Assembly (NCBI RefSeq): GCF_030144855.1
Contig: NC_082731.1
Span: 20,398,001 to 20,462,000, forward strand
Length of the DNA stretch: 64,000 bases
Origin: Hypanus sabinus
Lineage: Eukaryota
Direction of reading: 5' to 3'
The notes beneath the pieces were generated by a model. The model searched no databases. It was not told the origin of the DNA and was given only the letters and a program-made list of their open reading frames with translations. A program made the translations under genes and the position numbers. Below are positions 27,301 through 38,429 of this stretch, piece after piece. Position 1 is the stretch's first letter, and every line of letters begins with the position of its first letter.

Positions 27301-28151
27301 GGAAAGGTATAAAATGTTTTCGTGATCTTTTTTTTGAAGGTACTTTGATGTCTTTTGATCAACTATCCAACAAATTTGAATTACCTAAATCTAATTTTTT
27401 TAGATACTTACAAATTAGAAATTTCTTACATAAAATTCTTCCATCTTTTCCTAACTCAACTCCATCGGATTTTTCAGATTTGATTTTTACTTTTAATCCT
27501 TGTCAGAAGGGATTAGTAGCTTTTATTTATAACATGATTATGAAGATACAGCCAGAAATATCGGATAGAATTAGACAAGAATGGGAAAAAGAACTTCGAT
27601 GTAATATATAAACAGATAAATGGGAAAAAATTTTACAAATGGTTAATTCCTCCTCTATTTGTGCTAAACATGCTTTAATACAATTTAAAATTGTACATAG
27701 AGCTTATATGTCTAAAGATAAGCTTGCCCGATTTTATTCGCATATTAATCCTCAATGTGACAGATGTCACTTAGAAGTGGCTTCATTGACTCACATATTT
27801 TGGACATGTCCCACTTTACATAACTATTGGAAGGACATTTTTGATGTCATTTCCTCAGTATGGAATATTGATTTACAACCCCATTTTATTACTGCAATTT
27901 TCGGTATACCAAATGAAGATGGCAATCAGCTTTCCCCTTCAATCAGACGAATGATTGCCTTTGTAACATTAATTGCCAGAAGGTCTATATTACAAAATTG
28001 GAAAGAAGTAAATCCTCCTACTACATTTCAGTGGTTCTCACAAACTATTTCTTATCTGAGTTTGGAAAAAATCAGAAGCACTATCTTTGATTCTTCAATT
28101 AAATTTGAAGAAACCTGGGGACCATTTATTCGACACTTTCATATGAATTAA
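24340..28151 (+). pseudogene. L1 ORF2p (APE, RT, C-terminal zinc finger) with one frameshift near 25660-25675 and one in-frame TAA at 27609-27611
   Basis: SWNTNGLN, QETH, GGDFN, SRIDY and SDHAP (endonuclease); KAPGPDG, LDAEKAFDRV, GTRQGCPLSP and YADD (RT); CDRC...HIFWTC. ORFs 25674 and 27639 share a frame. Confidence 0.92.
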
Positions 28152-28550
28152 TTTGGCCAATTTCAGATCCTTTTCTCTACTTATACTTGTTCAGGTATGG
28201 AGTTCCGGAGTTCTTTTCTTGACACCTTTATATATTTATAAAGTGCTATTATTGCCCATGTTAGTTTTAGTTTAGTATTTTTTTTCAATATATATATTTT
28301 CTCATATATAATTTCAATTTTTTTTTCTTTTTTCGATGATTATTTTTGTTTTTTTTCATATATATTTATATAGACTTGATTGATTTATGTACCTTTTGTT
28401 GATGGATGTTTTAATAGGATATTATTATCCTATTACTAATGTAATCTCAAGTTTATTGAATCTGTAATCTATTCATTATTATGTGTTGTTTTTTTTATAT
28501 ATGAAATTTAATAAAAAGATTGAAAAAGAAAGAAAGAGAAGAGTAAGGAG

Positions 28551-29360
28551 AAGAAAGTAATAACAATAAATTTCAAGTTGCAGAAAGAAACGTCAGAGCC
28601 AGTTGAATAAAAATAGACAGCTCCGAGGGCACTCTCAGATAACATTCAAAAAGCAGTGGAACAGCTTAGGTCTCGTCATTAACTTCAAAAGAAAATCTGC
28701 AGATGCTGGAAATACAAGAAATACACGCAATGTGCTGGAGGAATTCACCTGGCCAGATAGCATCTCTGTCGTGATGATCTGCATTTGAGCTGCCTGGCCT
28801 CTTGGGTTCCTCCAGAATTTTGTGTGTATTGTCTTGTAATAATGGATCACTTCAGCCGGCGGAGAGAAGATTTCCCAACCAGAGACTGCACCGCCAGCAG
28901 CGCTGCACGGAATATCATCAGGTAATACTACCAAGGTGAAGAAATCTTCCAGATGGAGTATGACCAGGAAGCACATTTCACAGTGAAAGTGATAAATTAA
29001 ATGTGCCGACTGCGATGGTCTCGTCAACGGTTCCGCAAACCCTACCAGCAAGGACACGGCCTGGAAGATTTGTGCGCATTTAAAGTCCAGGACCTCGTGT
29101 CGGGCTGATTCGAGGCCGGTGACTACGCCTGGTGGATTATGTGACCAGACGGAAGATCTAAATCAGCATGAACTAGGGCCCGAGTTCTTTGGGCACAGTG
29201 AAAAAAGCGACGCCACAGACTTTGAGCACCATAAATCTGCGAGTTAATTGATATGTCTCTCCTCTTGCTGTTAAACGGGAACACCTCTTTTCCACTTATT
29301 CGGGAGAAAGAGAGTCTGGGATATGTCGAATACTGGGTGAAAGGTTTGTCATTGATATAC
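28551..29360 (+). mobile_element. ERV integrase remnant of cassette 1, truncated by a deletion into the next cassette
   Basis: YCLVIMDHFSRR-type motif at about 28826-28865; paralogous to 7300-8110; at about 29365 it jumps to sequence that lies 3' of the LTR in other cassettes. Confidence 0.7.
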
Positions 29361-30180
29361 TGAAGACGTTTGAATTGCGGTTTGCGAGTGAGCAGAGGAG
29401 AGAGTAAAATCCAGGGATAAGTGTGGGCAAGTAATATGGTGGGAAAAAGGAGGAAGAAAGAGAGAGATTGAAAATGATGCAGTGAGAAAGTTAATAAATG
29501 AGGGAGACATAAGAGAACGGAAAAAGTGAGAGAGAAATGGTGATGGATAGAGCAGTAAGTAGAGCGAGAGAAACTGGGTAGGGGAGACATATTGGAGAAG
29601 AATGTATGAAAGAGAAAGAGGTTCAGCCACCTCAGCGTAGTGTTTATCGTGAAGCTGTTTACAGTTCTGGGCATCGGATTTCTCTGTTCCCTTCCAGCGA
29701 ATCTGTAGAATATCTGTATGATCTCCGTTTGGAATGTGCGGAAATTCTGCGGGATCTCCAGTCACGGCTCACAGTCAAAAGATGTACTGATCAGTAGGTT
29801 AATAATTCCCTGCGCATTGGACTGTGATTAGGTAAGGTGCTTGGATCGCTGGAGCTGAACTTAGTTTCCCAATGAGACTATTCCGTGATCTACCGCTAAG
29901 TAAATAAATTAAACAAAAGTTGAAAGTGTTGCACAAAGAAAGCACGAGAGAGCTGAAGAAGGTGTGAGCGAAAGAAAGGGAAAAGTAAAGACGGAGCAAG
30001 AGCGAAGGAAGTTATATATCGTGGGGGGGGGGGGGGTGATGAGAAATCATTGAGTAGAATGAAAATATAGAGGGAAAGAGGCAGGAACGGGATAGAGGAA
30101 AGCAACGCTGAAGAAACTGAAGGAACGATGGAGAAAGTAGTGACACGGGAAGGAACGAAAAATGGAAGTTTCGAGATGAA

Positions 30181-30353
30181 NNNNNNNNNNNNNNNNNNNN
30201 NNNNNNNNNNNNNNNNNNNNNNNNNNNNNNNNNNNNNNNNNNNNNNNNNNNNNNNNNNNNNNNNNNNNNNNNNNNNNNNNNNNNNNNNNNNNNNNNNNNN
30301 NNNNNNNNNNNNNNNNNNNNNNNNNNNNNNNNNNNNNNNNNNNNNNNNNNNNN
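30181..30353. other. Assembly gap (N run)
   Basis: Direct reading; further gaps at 49971-50118 and 52453-52582. Confidence 1.
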
Positions 30354-30749
30354 AGGGAATAAATGCTGGAGAGTCAACGAGCGATATTGAGAACGTCAGA
30401 AAGAATGAGAGATAGATAGATAGAATGGAGCGGGAGATACGGTGTGTACGCGACCGAGAGATGCAGGGGGATCAGAAAGAACAACTGAGGGGTAAGAATA
30501 TGGTGAGAATATGGAGCTTAGGAAAAATTGAGGGCTATCGATAAGCCTAGGTAGTTCCAAGGTAAGGACATGTTCAGCCCAACTTTGTGGGCCGAAGCCT
30601 CTGCATTGTGCTGTGGGATTTCTATGTTTCTAGTGAGTGAGGTTGCAAATAATTGAAAGCAGGAGACACATTGCGAGGAAATAATAGGAGATAGAAAGAG
30701 GTATAAAAGCAAGCAGAAACAGCAAAAAGTACTGTTTTGAAACAAAGTT

Positions 30750-30795
30750 GTGATTGGTGTCCTGACCGGATTAATTCGGAGCTCACAGCCAATCA
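30750..30795 (+). promoter_or_regulatory. Inverted CCAAT-box pair upstream of the V2 leader, conserved upstream of all six leader-bearing V genes
   Basis: GATTGG...CAGCCAATCA about 135-180 bp 5' of the ATG; also near 12198-12240, 37688-37730, 43006-43050, 50425-50470 and 53083-53126. Confidence 0.55.
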
Positions 30796-30927
30796 ATTCA
30801 CCAGCAGAGCTGCGCCCTCACATGTACGCAAGCTGAAATATGCCGCAAGTCTGATTTTGCTCTTCATTACCGGTCAAGGATGTTAACATACTGCACTGCA
30901 AGTAAGCTGTCTTTCGATCCGGACACC

Positions 30928-31360
30928 ATGAAGTTCCTGTGCTTTCTGCTGATTATATTGGCTATGATGCCCGGTGAGTCTTCGCGGTAACGGTCTGTAT
31001 CTGTTCCTTATGTCCGGAGAAAGCTCGATCAGTTCATGCATTCTATCATTTTATTGCAGGAGCAATTGGGAAAGATTCCGTGACGCAGTGGCCGAATGGT
31101 TTAACGATTGTGGAAGAACAAAATGTAACACTGAACTGTAATTACACTGGAATTGCTCAGAATATTATTTGGTACGTTCAGCATCGAGTGGAATCTCCAA
31201 AATATTTGCTAAAGATCCACAGCAGCGGAAAGCTGGAGCGGCATGCAGAATGTCCGGCGAGGTTTACCGGTGGATTGAAGAGTGGCAATAAGGCGGCACA
31301 TTTGAAGATCTCTGGGGCTTTTGTGTCGGACTCCGCCGTGTATCTTTGTGCCATGAGTCC
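30928..31360 (+). CDS. TRAV: TCR alpha/delta-type V segment V2 (leader 30928-30973, intron 30974-31059, V exon 31060-31360), open frame
   Basis: Leader MKFLCFLLIILAMMP-G; V exon DSVTQWPNG...LNC...IIWYVQ...YLCAMSP; RSS follows. Confidence 0.92.
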
Positions 31361-31399
31361 CACAGTGTTGCAAGGTGATGACAGCGCCGGACAGAATCC
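31361..31399 (+). other. 23-RSS of V2
   Basis: CACAGTG + 23 nt + ACAGAATCC. Confidence 0.92.
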
Positions 31400-31449
31400 G
31401 CCGTCGGTGATGCAGTGAGCTATCGCTAGAGGGGGCACTTTGCCGGCAA

Positions 31450-31917
31450 ATTGGCAGGAGCGCAGAAAGAAACACCCACGGTCACGTGATCGATTTAAGT
31501 ATGCTTAAATTATTCGCAAAAGATATGTAGATCTGAGAATCTCCCTGTTGATGTAATGGGTACCAATTTGCACAATTTGAAACTTTATAAATCATTTCCC
31601 AAACAAATGCAATATGTTATTTGACACAGGGGCAGTAGTATCGGTAACTGATCTGCATTTGCCAACAGCCAGCAGGATATTTTTATTACGGGTACAGGCG
31701 AAATTACGGTTAACGTAGAAAGAAGCGAATTGAAGATGCTCCAAATAGGCGAGGCTCAACTTTCTATATATTTCTGGATCTGCCCAAATAATGAGGACGC
31801 TATTCTCGGACAAGAAAACGAAAGGGAAGCAAGTAGCATTGCAGATGCAGGAAAGGGTGAAATAATAAGCACAATGCAGGAGCAGCGAGCACGTAGAACC
31901 AAATTTTGACACAACAT
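31450..31917 (+). mobile_element. ERV protease remnant of cassette 2
   Basis: LFDTGA at about 31617-31634 and an ILGQE motif at about 31802. Confidence 0.7.
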
Positions 31918-33820
31918 AACCATATTACCATATAACAATTACAGCACGGAAACAGTCCATCTCGGACTTTCTAGTCCGTGCCGAAAGCTTATTCTCACCT
32001 AGTCCCACCTAGCTGCACTCAGCCCATAACACTCCATTCCTTTTCTGTCCAGAACCTCTGCGACTTCTACTAGAAACTCATTCCACACAGCTACCACTCT
32101 CTAGGTAAAGCAGTTCCCCCTTGTGCTATCCCTAAACTTTTGTCACATAAATTTCAACTCATGTTCTCTTTGTTTCAATCTCCCCTACTCTCAACGGAAA
32201 ACATCTATCCACGTCAAATATGTCTATCCCCCTCATAATTTTAAAAACCTCCATCAAGTACCCCCTCAACCTTCTAGGCTCCCAAGAATAAAGACTTAAC
32301 TTCTTCAACCTTTCTCTGTAACTTAGGTGCTGAAACCCAGGTACCAGTCTAGTAAATGTCCTCTGTACTCTCTCTAATTTGTTGACATCTTTCCTATAAT
32401 TCAGTGACAAGAACTGTACACAATAATCCAAAATTTTCCTCACCAATGGCTTGTACAATGTTAACATTACATCCCCAACTCTTATACTCAATGCTCTGAT
32501 TTGTAAAGGCCAGCATACCAAAGCTTTCTTTACAACCTTATCCACTTGAGATTCCACCTTCAGGGAACTATGCACCTTATTCCTTGATCACACTGTTCTA
32601 CTGCATTCCTCAATGCCCAAACCATTTACCAGGTATGTGCTATTTGGATTAGTCCTACCAAAATGTCGCACCTCATACTTATCAGCATTAAAGTCCATTT
32701 GCCATCTTTCAGCCCATCTTCAAACTGGCCTAAATCTCTCTGCAAGCTTTGAAAACCTACTTCATTATCCACAACGCCACACATCTTAGTATCATTTGAA
32801 TACTTACTAATCCAATTTAGCACCCCATCATCAAAGTCGTTAATGTTTATGTCAAACAACATTGGACTCAGTACAGATCCCTGAGGCACATCACTGGTCA
32901 CCGTCCTCCAACCTGACAAACAGCTATGCACCACTACTCTCTGGCATCTCCCATTAAGCCACGGTTGAATCCATTTTACTACTTCAATATTAATATCTAA
33001 CGATTGACCCTTCCTAACTAACCTGCCGTTGTTGAACCATGTCAAAAGCCTTACTGAAGTCCATATAGACAACATCCACTGCATTACTCTCGTCAACTTT
33101 CCTAGTAACCTCTTCAAAAAATTCAATAAGATTTGTCAAACATGACCTTCCACGCAAAAATCCACGTTCACTGCTCCCTGTCAGACCCTGTCTATCCAGA
33201 TAATTATGTATAACATCTCTAAGGAAACTTTCCATTAATTTACCCACTACTGATGTCAAACGTACAGGCCGATAATTGCTAGGTTTACCTTTAGAAGCCT
33301 TTTTAATCAATGGAACCACATGAGCGATACGCCAATCCTCCGCACCATCCCCGTTTCTAATGACATTTGAAATATTCCTGTCAGAGCCCCTACTATTTCC
33401 ACACTAACTTCCCTCAAGGTCCAGGGTCATATCCTGTCAAGATCCGGAGACTTATTAACTGTTATATTCTTTAAATGCTCTAGTACATCCTCTTCTTTAA
33501 TCATCATAGATTCCATAACTACCCTACTTGTTTCCCTTAAATAACGCAATTCAATATCCTTCTCATTAGTGTATACCGAAGAAAATAAATTTTTCAAAAT
33601 AACCCTCATCTCTTTTTGCTCCACACGTAGCTGTCCACTCTGATTCGGTAAGGGACCAAATTTATCCCTCACAATGCTTTTTCTATTAATATAACTGTAG
33701 AAACCCTTTGAATTTATTTTCACCTTACTTGCCAAAGCAAAATCATATCTTCTTTTAACGTTTGTAATTTATTTCTTAAGATTCTTTTTACATTATTTAT
33801 ATTACACGAACACCTCATTT
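31918..33820 (-). mobile_element. CR1 LINE, 5'-truncated, about 1.9 kb (same insertion as in cassette 1)
   Basis: ORFs 32159, 32626, 33014 (DVVYMDFSKAFD) and 33427; acaac on both flanks is a possible TSD. Confidence 0.9.
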
Positions 33821-36595
33821 ACAACGTAGCCAGCGTAATTACGCTGACAGCTGTTCACAAGTCAGTATCAGCAGTAAAGGACACTGGGATTAATCCCGCG
33901 AGGACCCTCCTTATAGACAGAGTGGCACACGTTTGTCCAATTAGAATAAAGCAGGAAAAAACTATGGGTGCAAACGAAACACCTCTCGACTGAAAACAGA
34001 GAATAGGCTTGCGGATATGTCTCGGTGGATCTAAACTAAAACGCGTGGATTGGGTGCACTGTGCTGAAGGGCGCATGTCAATAATAAGATTTAGCAGCAC
34101 TGACAGGCGATTGCTAAGATCAGGTGGTGGAACTGTTGGCCCTGACAGAAAGCATGCTCTATAATGAAGGCCAACAAGTAAATATATATTCAGACAGCCC
34201 GTATTAACTCGAGATGGTTATCGCATGGCCTGGGGACGATGAGGATATGTAACCACAACAGGTGTAGTTATTCATCACGGGCACCCAGTACAACAACTGT
34301 TGGAAGCACCGTCTGCCCGCTGAAATTGGAAGTAATTAAATTGCAATCTCAGCGGTAAGAGAAGAGTAAGGAGAAGAAAGTAATAACAAGAAATTACATT
34401 TGTGCAGCAGGAAACGTCAGATCCAGTTGAATTATAACAGACATCTCCAAGGAGACCCTTGGATAACATTCAAAAAGAAGCGGGAAAAGCTTATGTCTGG
34501 TCCTTATGAACAAAATAAAGTCTGCATATGCTAGAAATCCAAGAAATACACACAATGTTCTGAAGGAAATCACCTGGCCAGGCAGCATCTCTGTAGTGAT
34601 GAACTGTGATAAGCTGTCTGGACTGCTGCGTTCCTCCAGCATTTGTGTGTATTGTCTTGTAGTTATGGATCACTTTATCCGGCGGGAAGTACCTTTCCCA
34701 ACCAGAGCAGCGTTGCACGAATTTTTGTCAGGTGATCCGACCAATGTGAGGAACTCTTCCGGATGGACTATGACCAAGAAGCACATTTCACAGGGAAAGT
34801 GAAAAATGAAATGTGCCGACTGCGAGGGATTCGCCAACAGATCCACATCCCGCCCAACAAGGACGCTGCCTGGAAGATTACTGCGCCTTCAGGGTCCTGG
34901 AGCTGGACGCGTGGTGATTCGAGGCCGGCGTTGCCACCTGGTGAATTGTGTGATCACACGGAAGATCTAAATCAGCATGAACTAGGGCCCCGAGTTACTT
35001 GGGCATAAAGCTCGGAAAAAGCGACGCCACAAACTTTGAACACCATAAATCTGCGTGTTGTTTGTCATGTCTCTCCTCCCGCTGTGAAACGGGGACACCT
35101 CTTTTTCCCTATTCGGGAGAAAGAAAGTCTGAGATATGTCCGATAATGGGTGGACGATTTGTCTTTGATGTACTGTATATATCTGTCTTTCTTAATGCTT
35201 TGTTGGAGGCTTGTGTGTTCATGCCGGGTACTGATGTTCTGTTGTTGGTGGGGGAGGGGATTCCTTGCTTGGCTACTAGTTATGTGTGGCAGGGGGGAGT
35301 CGGGGGGTGGGCGACATTGCGTTTCCAATATCTGTCATTCATTCTTTGGGGGACTACTCTGTTTTCCTCGATGTTTTCGAAGAAATATTACTTCAGGATG
35401 GTTATATCTTACATTTCTCTGACAATAACTGCAGCTATATAACTTATCGAACCTATTGAACCCTCTGAGTTCAGGAATGGTAGAAAACCTAAACCAAAGG
35501 ATACCTTTACCAGAACGTCAGCTGATGGTGAAAGACATTGGTTGATGTACTACCATTCATCCTGATGAGATTGCGGACAATCCAAACCGCACGGTGGTTT
35601 CAGCTGCTATCAACTGAAAAATTAGAGTGAAAAATTGGACTCCCTTCTGAGATAACTACGGGTTGCGGTGATCCTGGAATGCACAGGGATAGATTGACAC
35701 AGTATGTGAAAGAGCTTTTTATGCGACTTAAAGTATTAAAGCATCGTGCCAACCAACAGCAGCACATTGATGATCAAAGAGATGAATTGGGAAAGGAGAT
35801 AATCCTCCCAAAACCTAATGATTATGTCATGGTGAGGGTGTCTCTTGAAAGTGTATGCTCCCAGCTGGATCGGACCACAGATGGTGCTTTGAAAAACTGA
35901 CACGTGTTTGTGTGGAGACGTCACGAGGCGGACAGTGGAAAGAATGGATTCAGGTTACACTGTGAGAGTTTCTTGTTGCCACCACAGGCAAAGCCGGGGA
36001 TGGAGTGCAGCTAGTAACAGTGTAATTATAGAGAATCCAGGAGATGGTCACCAGCCAGACACACTAGAACTGACCAAAATTGCTGGAAAGTGATCCACAG
36101 CATCTCGAAGGTAGAGGGCACCGAGACTGTGATGGAAACCCGTGAATAACATGCTAAAGGGGGACAATAAACTTACTCTGTTCTGACCGCTGAGTACTGA
36201 AGGTATGTGATCACTTGAATAGCAGAAAACAGAAAACATTTTGCAAAGAATGGATCGGCTATTAGCTACCCGAGTATGGAGGGATGAAGACAAGGAATTG
36301 ACTAATCTTCAATCGGTCAGCAAAGAATGAGCCAACAGGCATACACATGAAGCTTCATTTCTAAAGACTGTTGTTCACATTTCTGCACAAACTCCCTGCT
36401 TAGCATTTTGAAGGTAGCAAATAGTTATGATAGGGTAGATGCACATTCGCCAACAGGAATTTTGGGAAATTCCGAAGGACGGCATTTTTGCTGCCAAAGT
36501 TGAGTAATTCTCCCTTAAGATTGGCCTTTCATGCTAGTTAAATATTTTTGTCCGGGGTGCCAAAAGGAGGGAATGTTCGTGAGAATTTTAGATCC
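33821..36595 (+). mobile_element. ERV tether/RNase H, integrase, env-position DNA, PPT and LTR stub (LTR starts 36574), cassette 2
   Basis: NIYSDS motif at about 34182; YCLVVMDHF (ORF 34506); DRLTQYVKEL (ORF 35679); caaaaggagggaa|TGTT. Confidence 0.78.
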
Positions 36596-36681
36596 GTCAG
36601 AAGTGTAAAGAACACTGCAGATGCTGTGGTAAAATCAACACGTACAAAAGCTGGATGAACTCAGGAGGTCGGGGAGCATCC
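36596..36681 (-). mobile_element. Short SINE/Penelope-3'-end-type fragment with an associated deletion; second copy at about 41912-41998
   Basis: Reverse complement resembles gctgcctgacctgctgagttcttccagc at 1977-2004; the same insertion and junction precede both V3 and V4. Confidence 0.6.
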
Positions 36682-37860
36682 TGCGCATCGATAAGGGGCC
36701 GGATTACCTCCCTTCGGAAAGTGCTGAAATTCTGCGGGATCTCCAGTCTCTGCCTATAGTCCAAAGATGTACTGATAAGTATGTTAATGACTTATTTTAA
36801 TTCGAGCTGTGATTAGGTTAGGGTCTTGGACCTCCAGAGGTGAAACTGGGTGCCCGCTGGAAGTATTCCGTGATCCACTGCTTAGCAAATAATTAAAACA
36901 AAAGTTGAAAATGTTGGACAAATAAAGCATGAGAGAGCGGGGAAGACAGAGTGAGCGAGAGAAAGGGAAAGGAAAAGACGGAACAAGAGGGAAGGAAGGA
37001 TATATGGTGGGGGACTCGCATGAGAGAACAATTGAGAAGTTTGTAAATAAAGGGGGAAAGACAAAGTATTCAGGAACGAGATAGAGGAAAGCAGCGCTTG
37101 CGAATTGTAGGAACGATCGATGTAGTGACACGGGAGAAAATGAAAAATGGAAGGTTAGAGATGAATAGGGTGTCAGGCGTTGAGAGAGTGAGACAGTGCT
37201 GGAGAGATGATAAATAAGACTCAATATTCACCACACCAGTTCATTAACTGAGTTTACATACAGTGTGGAATATGGAGAAAGTCCAAGCATTGAGAAGAGA
37301 AATGGGGAATAAATGCTGGAGTATCAGCGAGCGACATTGAGAACATGTCAGAAAGAATGAGACATAGATAGACAGAGAACGGGAAATTGGTTGTGTGTGT
37401 GAGAGAGAGGTTCAGTGGAACAGAGAGAACGAATGAGGGGGAGTAAAATGGTAAGAAAAATAGAGGGCTATCGATGAACCTAGGTAGTTCGAAGGTAAGG
37501 ACTTGTTCAGTATAGATTTATGGGCCGCAGGGCCTGTATTGTGCTGTAGGATTTCTATGTCTTTATGTTTCTAGTCAGTGAGATTGCAAATAAGAGAAAG
37601 GAGGAGAAACATTACGAGGAAGTAATACGAGATAAAAAGAGGCACAAAGGCAAGCAGAAACAGCAAAAAGAACTGCAACAAAATGCGATTGGTGTCCGGA
37701 CCGGATTCATTTGGCGTTCACAGCCAATCACTGCAACGGCAGGACTGCGACCCCACACTTCCGCAAGCTCAAATATGCCGCATGTCTGATCTTACTCTTA
37801 ATTATCGGACGTATATTAAGTTATTCGACTGCAAGTAAACTGTCTTTCGATCCGGAGAAC

Positions 37861-38293
37861 ATGAATTTCCTGTGTTCTCTGCTGATTCTATTGGCTATGA
37901 TGCCCGGTGAGTCTTCGCGGTAACGGTCTGTATCTGTTCCTTATGTCCGGAGAAAGTTTGATCTGTTCATTCATTCTGTCTTTTTATTGCAGGAGCAAAT
38001 GGGAAAGATTCCGTGACGCAGTGGCCGACTGATATAACGATTGTGGAAGAACAAAATGTAACACTGAACTGTAGTTACACTGGCAATGCTGACTATATTT
38101 TTTGGTACGTTCAGCATCGAGTGGAATCTCCAAAATACTTCATAAGGTTGTATGGTACCGGAAAGATGGACCGGCATGCAGATTGTCCGGCGAGGTTTAC
38201 CGGTGATGTCGACAGTGGCAACAAAGCGGCACATTTGAAGATCTCTGGTGCTTTTGTGTCGGACTCCGCCGTGTATCTTTGTGCCATGAGTCC
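37861..38293 (+). CDS. TRAV: TCR alpha/delta-type V segment V3 (leader 37861-37906, intron 37907-37992, V exon 37993-38293), open frame
   Basis: Leader MNFLCSLLILLAMMP-G; V exon ...LNCSYTGNADYIFWYVQ...YLCAMSP. Confidence 0.92.
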
Positions 38294-38332
38294 CACAGTG
38301 TTGCAAGGTGATGACAGCGCCAGACAAAATTC
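38294..38332 (+). other. 23-RSS of V3
   Basis: CACAGTG + 23 nt + ACAAAATTC. Confidence 0.92.
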
Positions 38333-38355
38333 GACGTCAATGACGCGGTGAGCGG

Positions 38356-38369
38356 TCGCTAGATGGCGC
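38356..38369 (+). promoter_or_regulatory. CTCF-like motif 23 bp 3' of the V3 RSS (homologous motif behind all seven RSSs)
   Basis: TCGCTAGATGGCGC versus the CTCF core CCRSYAGRKGGCRS; copies at 12867, 31423, 43677, 51096, 53752 and 56584. Confidence 0.6.
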
Positions 38370-38429
38370 CCTTTGCCGGGGAAGTGGCAGATGCACAGAG
38401 AGAAAAAAAATCCCACGGGCACGTGATCG

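Larger units (their letters stand above)
22267..28533 (+). mobile_element. Full-length L1-clade LINE with 17-bp TSD
   Basis: TSD aagagaagagtaaggag at 22250-22266 and 28534-28550; 5' end GGGGTGGAGTTTCAAGATGGCG; AATAAA at 28510-28515 and GAAA-type tail; ORF1 and ORF2 present. Confidence 0.95.

Noticed and set aside
31428-31450. Gag zinc-knuckle remnant (GHFA reading in gggcactttgcc) just after the RSS
   Set aside because: No flanking cysteines, and V3-V7 do not keep the His codon. The same bases are better explained by the CTCF-like motif, though a gag origin cannot be fully excluded.
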